A stretch of 64,000 nt of DNA. It comes from Eledone cirrhosa (lineage: Eukaryota). The notes under the pieces were generated by a model, which did not search any database, had not been told where the DNA came from, and saw only the letters and a list, made by a program, of their open reading frames with translations. Below are positions 1 to 11,141 of the stretch, piece by piece. Position 1 is the first letter of the stretch. Every line of letters starts with the position of its first letter. A program made the translations under genes and the position numbers. The stretch is taken from contig OZ024743.1 in assembly GCA_964016885.1 (NCBI GenBank), positions 357,492,001-357,556,000 of the forward strand. Reading direction: 5' to 3'.

Positions 1-1377
1 TCCGAGTCCCAAATCCAAAAAGCTTTGGGACATGTGTGGGCAAGAAAAACCCACATCAGACGTGGGCAAAAGTATGGAACCGTGGATGTGTTCTTTGAAA
101 CACCAGAGGAGGCTAGAGAACACTCCATGGCCCCATTAAAAAGTGACGACCTCACACTCGTCCCAAGCTATTGTGGCCAGAGACTCGTAAAGATCAGGGT
201 GACCCACGTTCCACCGGCCATCGAAATTCCCTGGCTAATAGCGGCTGTCATCGCCGGCATCGAGGCCAACACGAAAATAATAACAATAGCAAAAGAAAAG
301 CAGGAAAACTGGTCCGGATCTGGGATGGAGCTCCTGATCCAAGCGGACCAAAAAAGCATTGAGGAGATCCCAGAGGTAATAGACCTCACTGACGGCAGCC
401 ACCTCACGGTAATTGTCGAGGGCAGAAGACCTAGGTGTGTCGTTTGTGGTGAAGGAACCCACCTAAGGGCTTTCTGCCCTCAGGCTAAAAGGTTGAGGCC
501 ACCTCTCCTACCCACCCCAGTGACACAACCATCAACACCACCAGTAGCAGAGATGCCATCAACAACTGTAGCAGCAACAACAGAAGCAACTATAACAGCA
601 ACAACCCCAGCAACAGTAGCAAAACCAACACCACTACCACCACCAGCAAAACCAACACCACCACCACCCAACGCTTCAGAACTAGCACCAGCGCCTACAC
701 CATCCACCACACCACAACCAAAACTAACGGCTGTGGAGGATTTTCCACTCCCCGGCCTATCACAACTGGAGACAGATTGTGACGACGAGGAGTGGGAAAC
801 GATATCCGGAAAAAAAAAAAGAAACCAAAAAAGAAAAAATTCTCTTCCTTCCCCCTCCAAAAACAAAATACAGAGGGAAACAAATAAACTAAGAAACAAA
901 AAAGTTAGGACAGATATGCCACCATCCACACCAGCATCACTAACCCCATCAACCCAAACACCAACACCATCACCATCATTATCCCCAGCACCACCATCAC
1001 CTACACCACAAAAGTCACCAAAATACGAAACAGAAACAAACGCACAACAAACGCAAACAAAACAAAACAACCAAAACGATACACACTACACAGCATTAAA
1101 TTTGAACAACAAGCAATTATTACACTACATCCAACACAACACCAGCATCACAGAAAAAGACTACACAACAACCCCAAATTTCACACCACCTCCACACATA
1201 CAAATCACTCGCATCACACAGAAAACGTACATGACACTAAAACAAAAATTCCCCAAAGACATCGGAGACTTCCGACAAGCACTCTCCAGGAGGATTTATA
1301 AGGACATCCTTCCTGAGGAGGCCACAAGCAGTGAAAAGGATGGAAAAACCGTCCTTCCCCTACGAGAAGTAAGGTAA
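1..1377 (+). CDS. ORF1 type A, partial (gag-like nucleic-acid-binding protein with CCHC zinc knuckle and Pro/Thr-rich region)
   Basis: CVVCGEGTHLRAFC (CX2CX4HX4C); basic patch KKKRNQKRK; open from the window edge to TAA at 1375-1377. Confidence 0.85.
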   Translation, partial: SESQIQKALGHVWARKTHIRRGQKYGTVDVFFETPEEAREHSMAPLKSDDLTLVPSYCGQRLVKIRVTHVPPAIEIPWLIAAVIAGIEANTKIITIAKEKQENWSGSGMELLIQADQKSIEEIPEVIDLTDGSHLTVIVEGRRPRCVVCGEGTHLRAFCPQAKRLRPPLLPTPVTQPSTPPVAEMPSTTVAATTEATITATTPATVAKPTPLPPPAKPTPPPPNASELAPAPTPSTTPQPKLTAVEDFPLPGLSQLETDCDDEEWETISGKKKRNQKRKNSLPSPSKNKIQRETNKLRNKKVRTDMPPSTPASLTPSTQTPTPSPSLSPAPPSPTPQKSPKYETETNAQQTQTKQNNQNDTHYTALNLNNKQLLHYIQHNTSITEKDYTTTPNFTPPPHIQITRITQKTYMTLKQKFPKDIGDFRQALSRRIYKDILPEEATSSEKDGKTVLPLREVR

Positions 1378-1411
1378 GTGGTCTTTCCCATCTTTTCCAC
1401 TCCTTTTCCAC

Positions 1412-4400
1412 ATGACCTCACTCAGAATAGGCAGCATAAATGCGCGTGGCTTGGGGTCGTCATGGAAGCAGGGCCACCTGCTCAACGACCTCAGGTCACT
1501 AAACATAGATGTAGTGGCCATCAGCGAGACCAGAATCTCCGAAGCACAGGCTTTCGCACCGATCTTCGGCGGCTACGATGTGTACGCATCTCCCAGCCGT
1601 CCGGGATCGGGGGGAGGAGTTGCTGTGCTTTTTCGGAGAGGTTTGGATCTTGCCATACGGGCCATCTTCCTGGACCCAGAAGGTAAGTTGGTGGTGCTGG
1701 ACGTGACCAGCGGAGACGGGCAAGCTTTCAGGTTAGTGGCCGTCTATGCCCCGACAGGAGCAGGGCGGCCTGATTTCTTCCGGCGTCTGGAGACCTTTCT
1801 TGGAACGTCCCGCTCTTTAGTGTTAGTGGGCGACTGGAACGGGATCTTAGATGCACGCTGGGATTGTGTGGGATTAGTGGATAGGGAAGGAGGGTGCAAG
1901 AGTCTCACCAACCTGCTCAGACGTTTTGAACTGTCTGACAGGTACCGAATGGATTTCCCGAATGTACCAATGTGGACTTGGACAAATCGCATAGGGTCAT
2001 CCAGATCATATCTAGATAGAGTATTTTGTAGGGAAATAGATAGGTCTAGCATAGGCTGTCCACAATTCAAGATAGTCAGCTACACGGACCACAAATTCGT
2101 GATCTGTGTGCTTGACTTAGATAGGCTTCATAGACGAGGACCCGGCTACTGGAAGCTAAACGCATCCTTACCAGCGCGCAAGGCCTACAGAGACCGGATT
2201 AGCGAACTAGTTAAGCGGGCGTTGACGGGGGCCATCGTCAACAACAAGTGGTGGTTTTCTCTGAAAAGAGCAATTAGAATAGAGTCCATTGGGTTTAGTA
2301 AGACTTTAGCAATAGAGGAAAATAGAGCAGAGGGAGAACTAGTTAGAAAATTAGATGAGGCGCTTAGCAAAGGCATCGCGACCGACGTACTTGCGGCAAA
2401 ATTGGCCCTTGACCAATTCTTCAATGCAAAGCACGAAGGCTGAGTTGTCAGAGCTAGGGTGCGTGCTCTCAGACACGAGGGGATGAAAGCCGTTCAATGG
2501 GCCCGAGTGGCGGAGGCGCGTCGTGGCAACAAAGCCACGATCCGGTCTTTGGTGGACCACGACGGGCGCATGCTACTCGATCCCGGGCAAATGTGTGAAG
2601 CTTTTCAGCGACACTTCGCTCAACTGTTCGGGGGCAGTGGCGGGCCGGATCGAGGGATGGACTTTAGTGTCTACCTCGACGGACTGCCGCGGCTTTCGGC
2701 CACTGAGGCGGAGTGTTGCGAAAAGCCGATAACAACCGCTGAAGTACGGGATGCAATGACTAGTTGCACAAGGGGTAAATCGCCTGGTTTGGATGGTCTG
2801 CCCTATGAACTTTACGTACAAATGCCAAACTTGTTCGGAGGCCTCTTGGCGGACGTCTACTGCAACTGGTAACAGAACGGGAGAATTCCCAGCTCTGTGA
2901 GCCGAGGAGCGGTGGCGCTGCTGAGAAAGGATCCGAACAAGGGGGATAACATAGATAATTTTAGGCCCATAACTCTGCTAAACAGAGTTCAAGATTTTGG
3001 CCAAGGTGCTAGCAAAGAGGTTGGCGCTTGTCGTTGGTGGTCTGGTGGGAGAGGCACAGACATGCGCCATTCCCGACAGATCCATCCACGACAACCTCCA
3101 CCTCATGCGATACATCGTAGAGAGGGTAGCTAGGGAACCTGACAAGGGTGGGTCTTTGATCAATTTAGATCATTCGAAAGCCTTCGATAGGGTCGACCAT
3201 CGTTACCTAGCGGCAGTCCTGAGGGCGGCTGGCTTTGGGCCCGTCTTCAGAGGCTGGATCGCTGCCATGCACAGCGACATCTGCTCTGTAGTGAGAGTGA
3301 ACGGTCACCTTTCGGAACCGTTCAACATCATGCGCTCGGTCCGCCAAGGATGTCCCTCTCGTCCCTATTGTACGTATTGACTCTCGAGCCATTACTGCAC
3401 AAACTGGAGAAGTTGAGGGGGGTCCCGCGCGAACTAGGATGCGGAAGATCCGTGTCAGCATATGCCGACGATGTCACCGTAGTGGTGTCGAACGCCAAAC
3501 ACATCGAGGCGATCGGCACTACACTAAGAGAATACGAAGCGGTGACAGGAGCAATGATCAACCAGGAAAAGTCAGTGGGCCTGCAGCTCGCCACCTGGAG
3601 AGGCAGGTCCATGCCGTCCAACAGCGTCGTCGGGCGCTGGACGGACGGACCGGTTAAATTGCTAGGGGTCTGGTTCGGTCCAGACCTCCAGACGGACAAA
3701 AACTGGGACGAGGTGACGAGCAGGGTGGCTTCTCTCACCCAGAAATGGGCCGAGAGGAAGCTATCCCTGAAAGGTCGAGCGGAGGTGGCGAATGCGTACA
3801 TCGCATCCGTCATCTACTACCGCCTGACCGTCGTACCTTGTCCTAAGCCCCGCCTGACTGCGCTGGAGCGTTTGCTCTTTCGCTTCTTGTGGAAGGGACG
3901 CGCTCCGATGGTCAGGCGGTCCATCTGCTGTCAACACCCGCTACGTGGAGGGCTGGGCATGCCGTGGCTGATGATGCGCAGACACGCGCTCAGGCTACGA
4001 CATCTCCACCTCTTCCTCGACGGTGATCAGGTGTGGTCACCGTTTGCTAGACACGTTTTTCCCCAGCTCGTCTCCTTGACGGAGCTGCAGTCCTGGGTCA
4101 AGCGAAGACCGAGAGGGAGCGCTTGGAGACTGGAATGTCTTCAGGCGCTCACAGCCCTCGACCAATCGGGCAATGTGATCGGTGGAAACTCCACCTTGGC
4201 GTTCTATAGGGGATTAGTGGAGGGGAAGAGCGACGACGTACTTGGAGAAACTCTAGGCGTCGACGAAAATCAACTAGCCAATCTCTTCGGAAGGACTTTC
4301 GGGCCGGGGCCTATGGACAACTTCCAGAAATCCCTGGCCTGGCAGTGCTACCGAGGAGCTTTGCCAGTTCGGGATAAACTCTACAGGCATGGAGGTGCCG

Positions 4401-4828
4401 TCAGCCGGGCATGTCCGAGATGCGCGCAGGGCGACGAAACCGTCCTGCACGCACTCGTCCAGTGTCCGAGCATTGCTGACTTGTGGGTTTATGTCGAACA
4501 CCTGCTGTCACGTGTAGGACGGATCCAGCTATCAGCTGAGTCCATCGTGAGGATTGCCCCGCCCCCTTCCTTTAGCCGGGAAGGGCAGGAAGTTTTTATC
4601 TGTCTGGTGGCCATGGCGAAAGAGATAGTATGGTGGACACGTTTGAAAGGGCTGAAGACGAGCACTTACCTCTTCGGTGATGCCCTGATTAACTTTTTCA
4701 AATTTCATTTGAAAAGGAAAATCAGGGTAGAGAGGGAAGTGCTCTCTTCCCAGCATTTTGTTGAAAGATGGGTGAGAGAAGCAAGTATGGCCCGAATGAA
4801 TGGGCCTTCTCTGAGTATGTGTCTGTAA
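1412..4828 (+). pseudogene. ORF2 (APE endonuclease-reverse transcriptase), disrupted
   Basis: Motifs SINARGL, ISET, GDWN, TDH, PGLDG, KAFDRV, YADD, CPRC..H..C; stops at 2441-2443 and 2870-2872; frameshifts near 2983 and 3355 relative to intact copy 5. Confidence 0.92.
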
Positions 4829-5071
4829 ATTAAAGGTGAAAAACTGGGAGAGGGCACTTGCCCTGGTGGTCAGGGCCACTGTGGTCTTTTAATGTGCTTT
4901 CTCCACAAATGTCCCTTGGAAGTCTCCCCCCTATTGGGGAATTTTTCTTTGTTATTTTATTTCAACCTCTGTTTTTTTACACGCAGAAATGCCCATTTGT
5001 ACCGTCCTGTATTGTCCTGTACTGTCCTTAATGTCTATTTTATGTGAACCCTTGTGGTTAATAAAGAAAAC

Positions 5072-5095
5072 ATTATTATTATTATTATTATTATT
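5072..5095. repeat. (ATT)8 tail/target between copy 1 and copy 2
   Basis: Directly visible. Confidence 0.95.
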
Positions 5096-5311
5096 GAATG
5101 CCATGGTTGACGGAGGCTCGGCTCTGTAAGGTATAGTAATTTTTAACCGTTAAAACAATTGTAAATTGTTTAAAACTTGAACCAAATTGTTGATAAAGAC
5201 ACCCTCCTCCTCGTGAGAGGGGTCTTTCTGTCCGTTATTCGGCCCTTCGGGGTTAAATAACCAGTTATTGGGGTTTTGTACCCAAAATTTCATTTTAAAC
5301 AAAAAAACAAC

Positions 5312-7407
5312 ATGGCTACGAAAAAGAAATTTCATACGTCACTCCCACTCATTCCGTCTTCTTCTTCCTCAATCATCACTACAGCAGAGAGAAGATTGTC
5401 TCTCTCCCTCCCTTCTTTAAATGTGTCTCTCTCCATCCCTTCTCTTTCGCAAGTGACGAAAGAAAAGAAAAGTCTCGTGCAAAGCGTGCAAGGTTTCTCC
5501 ACGACGACGACGACAGCGACGAAACAGGTGTGCGGGAAATACGAAAACCCAGTTCATTCGTCTGACGTCAGGAATAATAGCAGTAGCAGCCGTAATAACA
5601 ACTGCAACAGTGACAATGAAAACAACAGTAGCAGCCGCAACAGCATCACCAGCAGCATAAACAACAACAGCATTAGCAGCAGCAACACCAACAACAACCA
5701 CAGCAACAGCGGCGGAGGCAGTAGTCGTAGTACCTGCAGCAACAACAAAAGTACCAGCAGCTCTGACGACAACAACAACAGCAGAGAAAAACCAATCTCA
5801 TTTGCAGGTATTGCGAAAAACTTGGAAACAATCCTCATAACAAATGAGGAATTAGAGGAAGCGAAGAAGATGGTGACAAAGAACGGACACCGAGCAATCT
5901 GCAAGGCAGCGGAAAAATTTTTCGAAACCCAAGAGCACTGTACGGTCACGTACCGTACAGTAAGTACAAAATCCCGTAGGGTGGAAAGAGCCACAGAGGC
6001 CCAAATACAAAAAGCCTTGGGGTCTGTGTGGCAGCGGAAAACGCACATCACCCGAGGCAAAAAATATGCCACCGTAGACGTACTTTTTGCCACACCCCAG
6101 GAGGCAAAGGCCCAATCAGTAGTGACCCTAAGGAGCGAGGAAATGGTGTTGGTGCCCTCCTACTGCGGGCAAAAAATTGTGAGGGTCAAACTGACCCACG
6201 TCCCCCCCGGAATGACCCCTTCTTGGCTGGCCGCGTCTGTCCTCGTCGGAATCGAGGACAAAACAACTGTACTGCAAGTACAGAAAAAAGTAAGAGAAGA
6301 TTGGGTCGGCTCCTCCATTGAGATGCTAATCCAAACCAACCAGGAGTGCATCGAAGCTATCCGGATGTGATAGACTTCGATAACGGCACTCAACTGCCCA
6401 TAAGTGTTGAGGGCAAACACCCGAAATGCTTTCGCTGTGGATCGAAGACTCACCTCAGGGCCTTCTGAAACGAGAAGACCCTGAGAAAGGAGAAAACCCC
6501 CCTCCTTCCGAATCCGGCTCCACGGCTACCAGCAACAGGACAAGCGGCAACCAGGAACGATAGGCCCGTGGCACCCATACCCACTCCACGGAAATCAAAA
6601 ACAGCAGCAGCAGTGGAAATACTAACAACAACAACAGCAATACCAAATGCAGCTGCAACAGAGACTCCAGTCCAAACATCACCAACAACAACAAGTGAAA
6701 GAGTGGAGCTGGTACCCCTCCCCGACCTCACAGAATCAAACATGGAGTGTGAGGTGGGAGAGAGATGGCAAAAGGTCGTAAGAAGGCACAAACGCAGAAG
6801 CAGCGCATCGTCGCCTTTGAAAAGGGAGGAAATAAATGAGAAAAGGGTAAAGTCTACTGCAAAGAGACCCACAGCAGCAACAACACCAACACCATCACCA
6901 CCCACACTAGCACCACCATCACCACCGGCGACAACCCCACCGCCAACAACACCTTCAACACCACCACCACAAGCACCAACATCGCAAACACAACAACAAA
7001 ACACACACACCCAGCAACAACGACAAGAAAATAGCAGAACCACACCCCACCCCCAGAAAAACAAATGCACGGCAATAAATACACACAACAAGAAACTAAT
7101 GACTTACATAATTGAACACACAGACATTTCACAACAGGACTACATAATACCAGCACCAATCAAAACGCCAACTAACATAAGACTGCTAAAAATAGCACAG
7201 AAACAATACACAAATATTAAAACGAAATTCCCCAACGCAGTTGGTTATTTCAGGGACCTAGGAGGAACCATCAATCGAAGAGTATACTCAGACATTCTCT
7301 TAGAAGAGCCGACGACCAGCCGAAGGGACGATTCAACGGTCCCTTCACCAGACGATCAAGTGAAAAGGGATGTAAAAACCATCCCTCCTCTACCAAAAGT
7401 ACGGTAA
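5312..7407 (+). pseudogene. ORF1 type B, disrupted
   Basis: ATG 5312 (MATKKKF); -1 frameshift near 6360 and TGC>TGA near 6466 compared with copy 4. Confidence 0.88.
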
Positions 7408-7442
7408 GTGGTCTTTCCCATCTTTTCCACTCTATTTTAAAC

Positions 7443-10400
7443 ATGACGTCACTCAGAATAGGCAGCATAAATGCGCGTGGCTTGGGGTCGTCATGGAAGC
7501 AGCGTCACCTGCTCAACGACCTCAGGTCACTAAACATAGATGTAGTGGCCATCAGCGAGACCAGAATCTCCGAAGCACGAGCCTTCGCACCGATCTTCGG
7601 CGGCTACGATGTGTACGCATCTCCCAGCCGTCCTGGATCGGGTGGAGGAGTTGCTGTGCTTTTTCGGAGAGGTTTGGATCTCGCCATACGGGCCATCTTC
7701 CTGGACCCAGAGGGTAAGCTGGTGGTGCTGGACGTGACCAGCGGAGACGGGCAAGCTTTCAGGCTAGTGGCCGTCTATGCCCCGACAGGAGCAGGGCGGC
7801 CTGATTTCTTCCGGCGTCTGGAGACCTTTCTTGGAACGTCCCGCTCTTTAGTGTTAGTGGGCGACTGGAACGGGATCTTAGATGCATGCTGGGACTGTGT
7901 GGGATTAGCGGATATGGGTGGAGGGTGCAAGAGCCTCACCAACCTGCTCAGGCGTTTTGAACTGTCTGACAGGTACCGATTGGATTTCCCGAATGTGCCA
8001 ATGTGGACTTGGACAAACCGCATAGGGTCATCCAGATCATATCTAGATAGAGTATTTTGTAGGGAAATAGATAGGTCTAGCATAGGCTGTCCACAATTCA
8101 AGATAGTCAGCTACACGGACCACAAATTCGTGATCTGTGTGCTTGACTTAGATAGGCTTCATAGACGAGGACCCGGCTACTGGAAGCTAAACGCGTCCTT
8201 ACCAGCGCGCAAGGCCTACAGAGACCGGATTAGCGAACTAGTTAAGCGGGCGTTGACGGGGGCCATCGTAAACAACAAGTGGTGGTTTGCTCTGAAAAGA
8301 GCAATTAGAATAGAATCGATTAGGTTTAGTAAGGCTTTAGCAATAGAGAAAAATAGAGCAGAGGGAGAACTAGTTAGAAAATTAGACGAGGCGCTTAGCA
8401 AAGACATTGCGACCGACGTGCTTGCGGCGAAATTGGCCCTTGACCAATTCTTCAATGCAAAGCACGAAGGCTGCGTCGTCAGAGCAAGGGTGTGTGCTCT
8501 CAGACACGAGGGGACGAAAGCCGTTCAATGGGCCCGAGTGGCGGAGGCACGTCGTGGCAACAAAGCCACGATCCGGTCTTTGGTGGACCACGACGGGCGC
8601 ATGCTACTCGATCCCGGGCAAATGTGTGAAGCTTTTCAGCGACACTTCGCTCAGCTGTTCGAGGGCAGCGGTGGGCCGGGTAGAGGGATGGACTTTAGTG
8701 TCTACCTCGACGGACTGCCGCGGCTCTCGGCCACTGAGGCGAAGTGTTGCGAAAAGCCGATAACAGCCGCTGAAGTAAGGGAGGCAATGACTGGCTGCAC
8801 AATGGGTAAATCGCCTGGTTTGGATGGTCTGCCCTATGAACTTTACGTACAGATGCCAGACTTGTTCGGAGGCCTCTTGGCGGACGTCTACTGCAACTGG
8901 CAACAGAACGGGAGAATTCCCAGTTCTGTGAGCCGAGGAGCAGTGGCACTGCTGAGAAAGGATCCGAACAAGGGGGATAACATAGAAAATTTCCGGCCCA
9001 TAACTCTGCTAAACACAGAGTTTAAGATTTTGGCCAAGGTGCTAGCAAAGAGGTTGGCGCTTGTCGTTGGTGGTCTGGTGGGAGAGGCGCAGACATGCGC
9101 CATTCCCGACAGATCCATCCACGACAACCTCCACCTCATGCGATACATCGTAGAGAGGGTAGCTAGGGAACCTGGCACGGGTGGGTCCTTGATCAATTTA
9201 GATCAGTTGAAAGCTTTCGATAGGGTCGACCATCGTTACCTAGCGGCAGTCCTGAGGGCGGCTGGCTTTGGGCCCGTCTTCAGAGGCTGGATCGCTGCCA
9301 TGCACAGCGACATCTGCTCTGTGGTGAGAGTGAACGGTCACCTTTCGGAACCTTTCAACATCATGCGCTCGGTCCGCCAAGGATGTCCCCTCTCGTCCCT
9401 CTTGTACGTATTGACTCTCGAGCCATTACTGCAGAAACTGGAGACTTTGAGGGGAGTCCCGCGGGAACTAGGATGCGGAAGATCCGTGTCAGCATATCCG
9501 GACGATGTCACCGTAGTGGTGTCGAACGCCAAACACATCGAGGCGATCGGCACTACACTAAGAGAATACGAAGCGGTGACAGGAGCAATGATAAACCAGG
9601 AAAAGTCAGTGGGCCTGCAGCTCGGCACCTGGAGAGGCAGGTCCATGCCGTCCATCAGCGTCGTCGGACGCTGGACGGACGGACCGGTTAAATTGCTAGG
9701 GGTCTGGTTCGGTCCGGACCTCCAGACGGACAAAAACTGGGACGAGGTGACGAGCAGGGTGGCTTCTCTCACCCAGAAATGGGCGGAGAGGAAGCTATCC
9801 CTGAAAGGTTGAGCGTAGGTGGCTAACGCGTACATCGCGTCTGTCATCTGCTACCGCCTGACCGTCGTACCTTGTCCTAAGCCTCGCCTGACTGCGCTGG
9901 AGCGTTTGCTCTTTCGCTTTTTGTGGAAGGGACGTGCTCCGATGGTCAGGCGGTCCATCTGTTGTCAACACCTGCTACGTGGAGGGCTGGGCATACCGTG
10001 GCTGATGATGCGCAGGCACGCGCTCAGGCTACGACATCTCTACCTCTTCCTCGACGGTGATCAGGTGTGGTCGCCGTTTGCTAGGCGCGTATTTCCCCAG
10101 CTCGTTTCCTTGACGCAGCTGCAGTCCTGGGTCAAGCGAAGACCGAGAGGGAGCGCCTGGAGACTGGAATGTCTTCAGGCGCTCACAGCCCTCGACCAAT
10201 CGGGCAATGTGATCGGTGGAAACTCCACCTTGGCGTTCTATAGGGGATTAGTGGAGGGGAAGAGCGACGACGTACTTGGAGAAACTCTAGGCGTCGACGA
10301 AAATCAACTAGCCAATCTCTTCGGAAGGACTTTCGGGCCGGGGCCTATGGACAACTTCCAGAAATCCCTGGCCTGGCAGTGCTACCGAGGAGCTTTGCCA

Positions 10401-10863
10401 GTTCGGGATAAACTCTACAGGCATGGAGGTGCCGTCAGCCGGGCATGTCCGAGATGCGCGCAGGACGACGAAACCGTCCTGCACGCACTCGTCCAGTGTC
10501 CGAAAATTGCTGACTTGTGGGTTTATGTCGAACACCTGCTGTCGCGTTTAGGACGGATCCAGCTATCATCTGAGTCCATCGTGAGGATTGCCCCGCCCTC
10601 CTCCTTTAGCCGGGAAGGGCAGGCAGTTTTTATCTGTCTGGTGGCCATGGCGAAAGAGATAGTATGGTGGACACGTTTGAAAGGGCTGAAGACGAGCACT
10701 TACCTCTTCGGTGATGCTCTGATTGACTTTTTTCAAATTTCATTTGAAAAGGAAAATCAGAGTAGAGAGGGAAGTGCTCTCTTCCCAGCATTTTGTTGAA
10801 AGATGGGTGAGAGAAGCAAGAATGGCCCGAGTGAATGGGCCTACTCTGAGTATATATCTGTAA
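7443..10863 (+). pseudogene. ORF2 (APE-RT), disrupted
   Basis: 789-aa open part; YPDD instead of YADD; stop at 9810-9812; frameshift near 10733. Confidence 0.9.
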
Positions 10864-11141
10864 ATTAAAGGTGAAAAACTGGGAGAGGGCACTTGCTTGG
10901 TGGTCAGGGTCATTGTGGCTTTTTACTGGGCTTTCTCCACAAATGTCCCTCCGAAGTCTCCCCCCTATTGGGGAATTTTTCATTGTTATTTTCATTGTTA
11001 TTTTTGTTACATCCTCTGTTTTTGTTTTTTACACGCAGAAATGCCCATTTGTACCGTCCTGCATTGTCCTGCACTGTCCTTAATGTCTACTTTATGTAAA
11101 CCCTTGTGGTTAATAAAGAAATCATTATTATTGTTGTTATT

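Larger units (their letters stand above)
1..5071 (+). mobile_element. L1/Tx1-like non-LTR retrotransposon, subfamily A, copy 1 (5' end beyond window; ORF2 disrupted)
   Basis: ORF1 fragment plus APE-RT-CCHC ORF2; 3'UTR ending AATAAAGAAAAC followed by (ATT)8; near-identical to the copy at 17521-23417. Confidence 0.92.
5096..11123 (+). mobile_element. L1/Tx1-like retrotransposon, subfamily B, copy 2 (full length, disrupted)
   Basis: Starts GAATGCCATGG right after (ATT)n, as do copies 4 and 5; ends AATAAAGAAATC plus degenerate (ATT)n. Confidence 0.92.
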
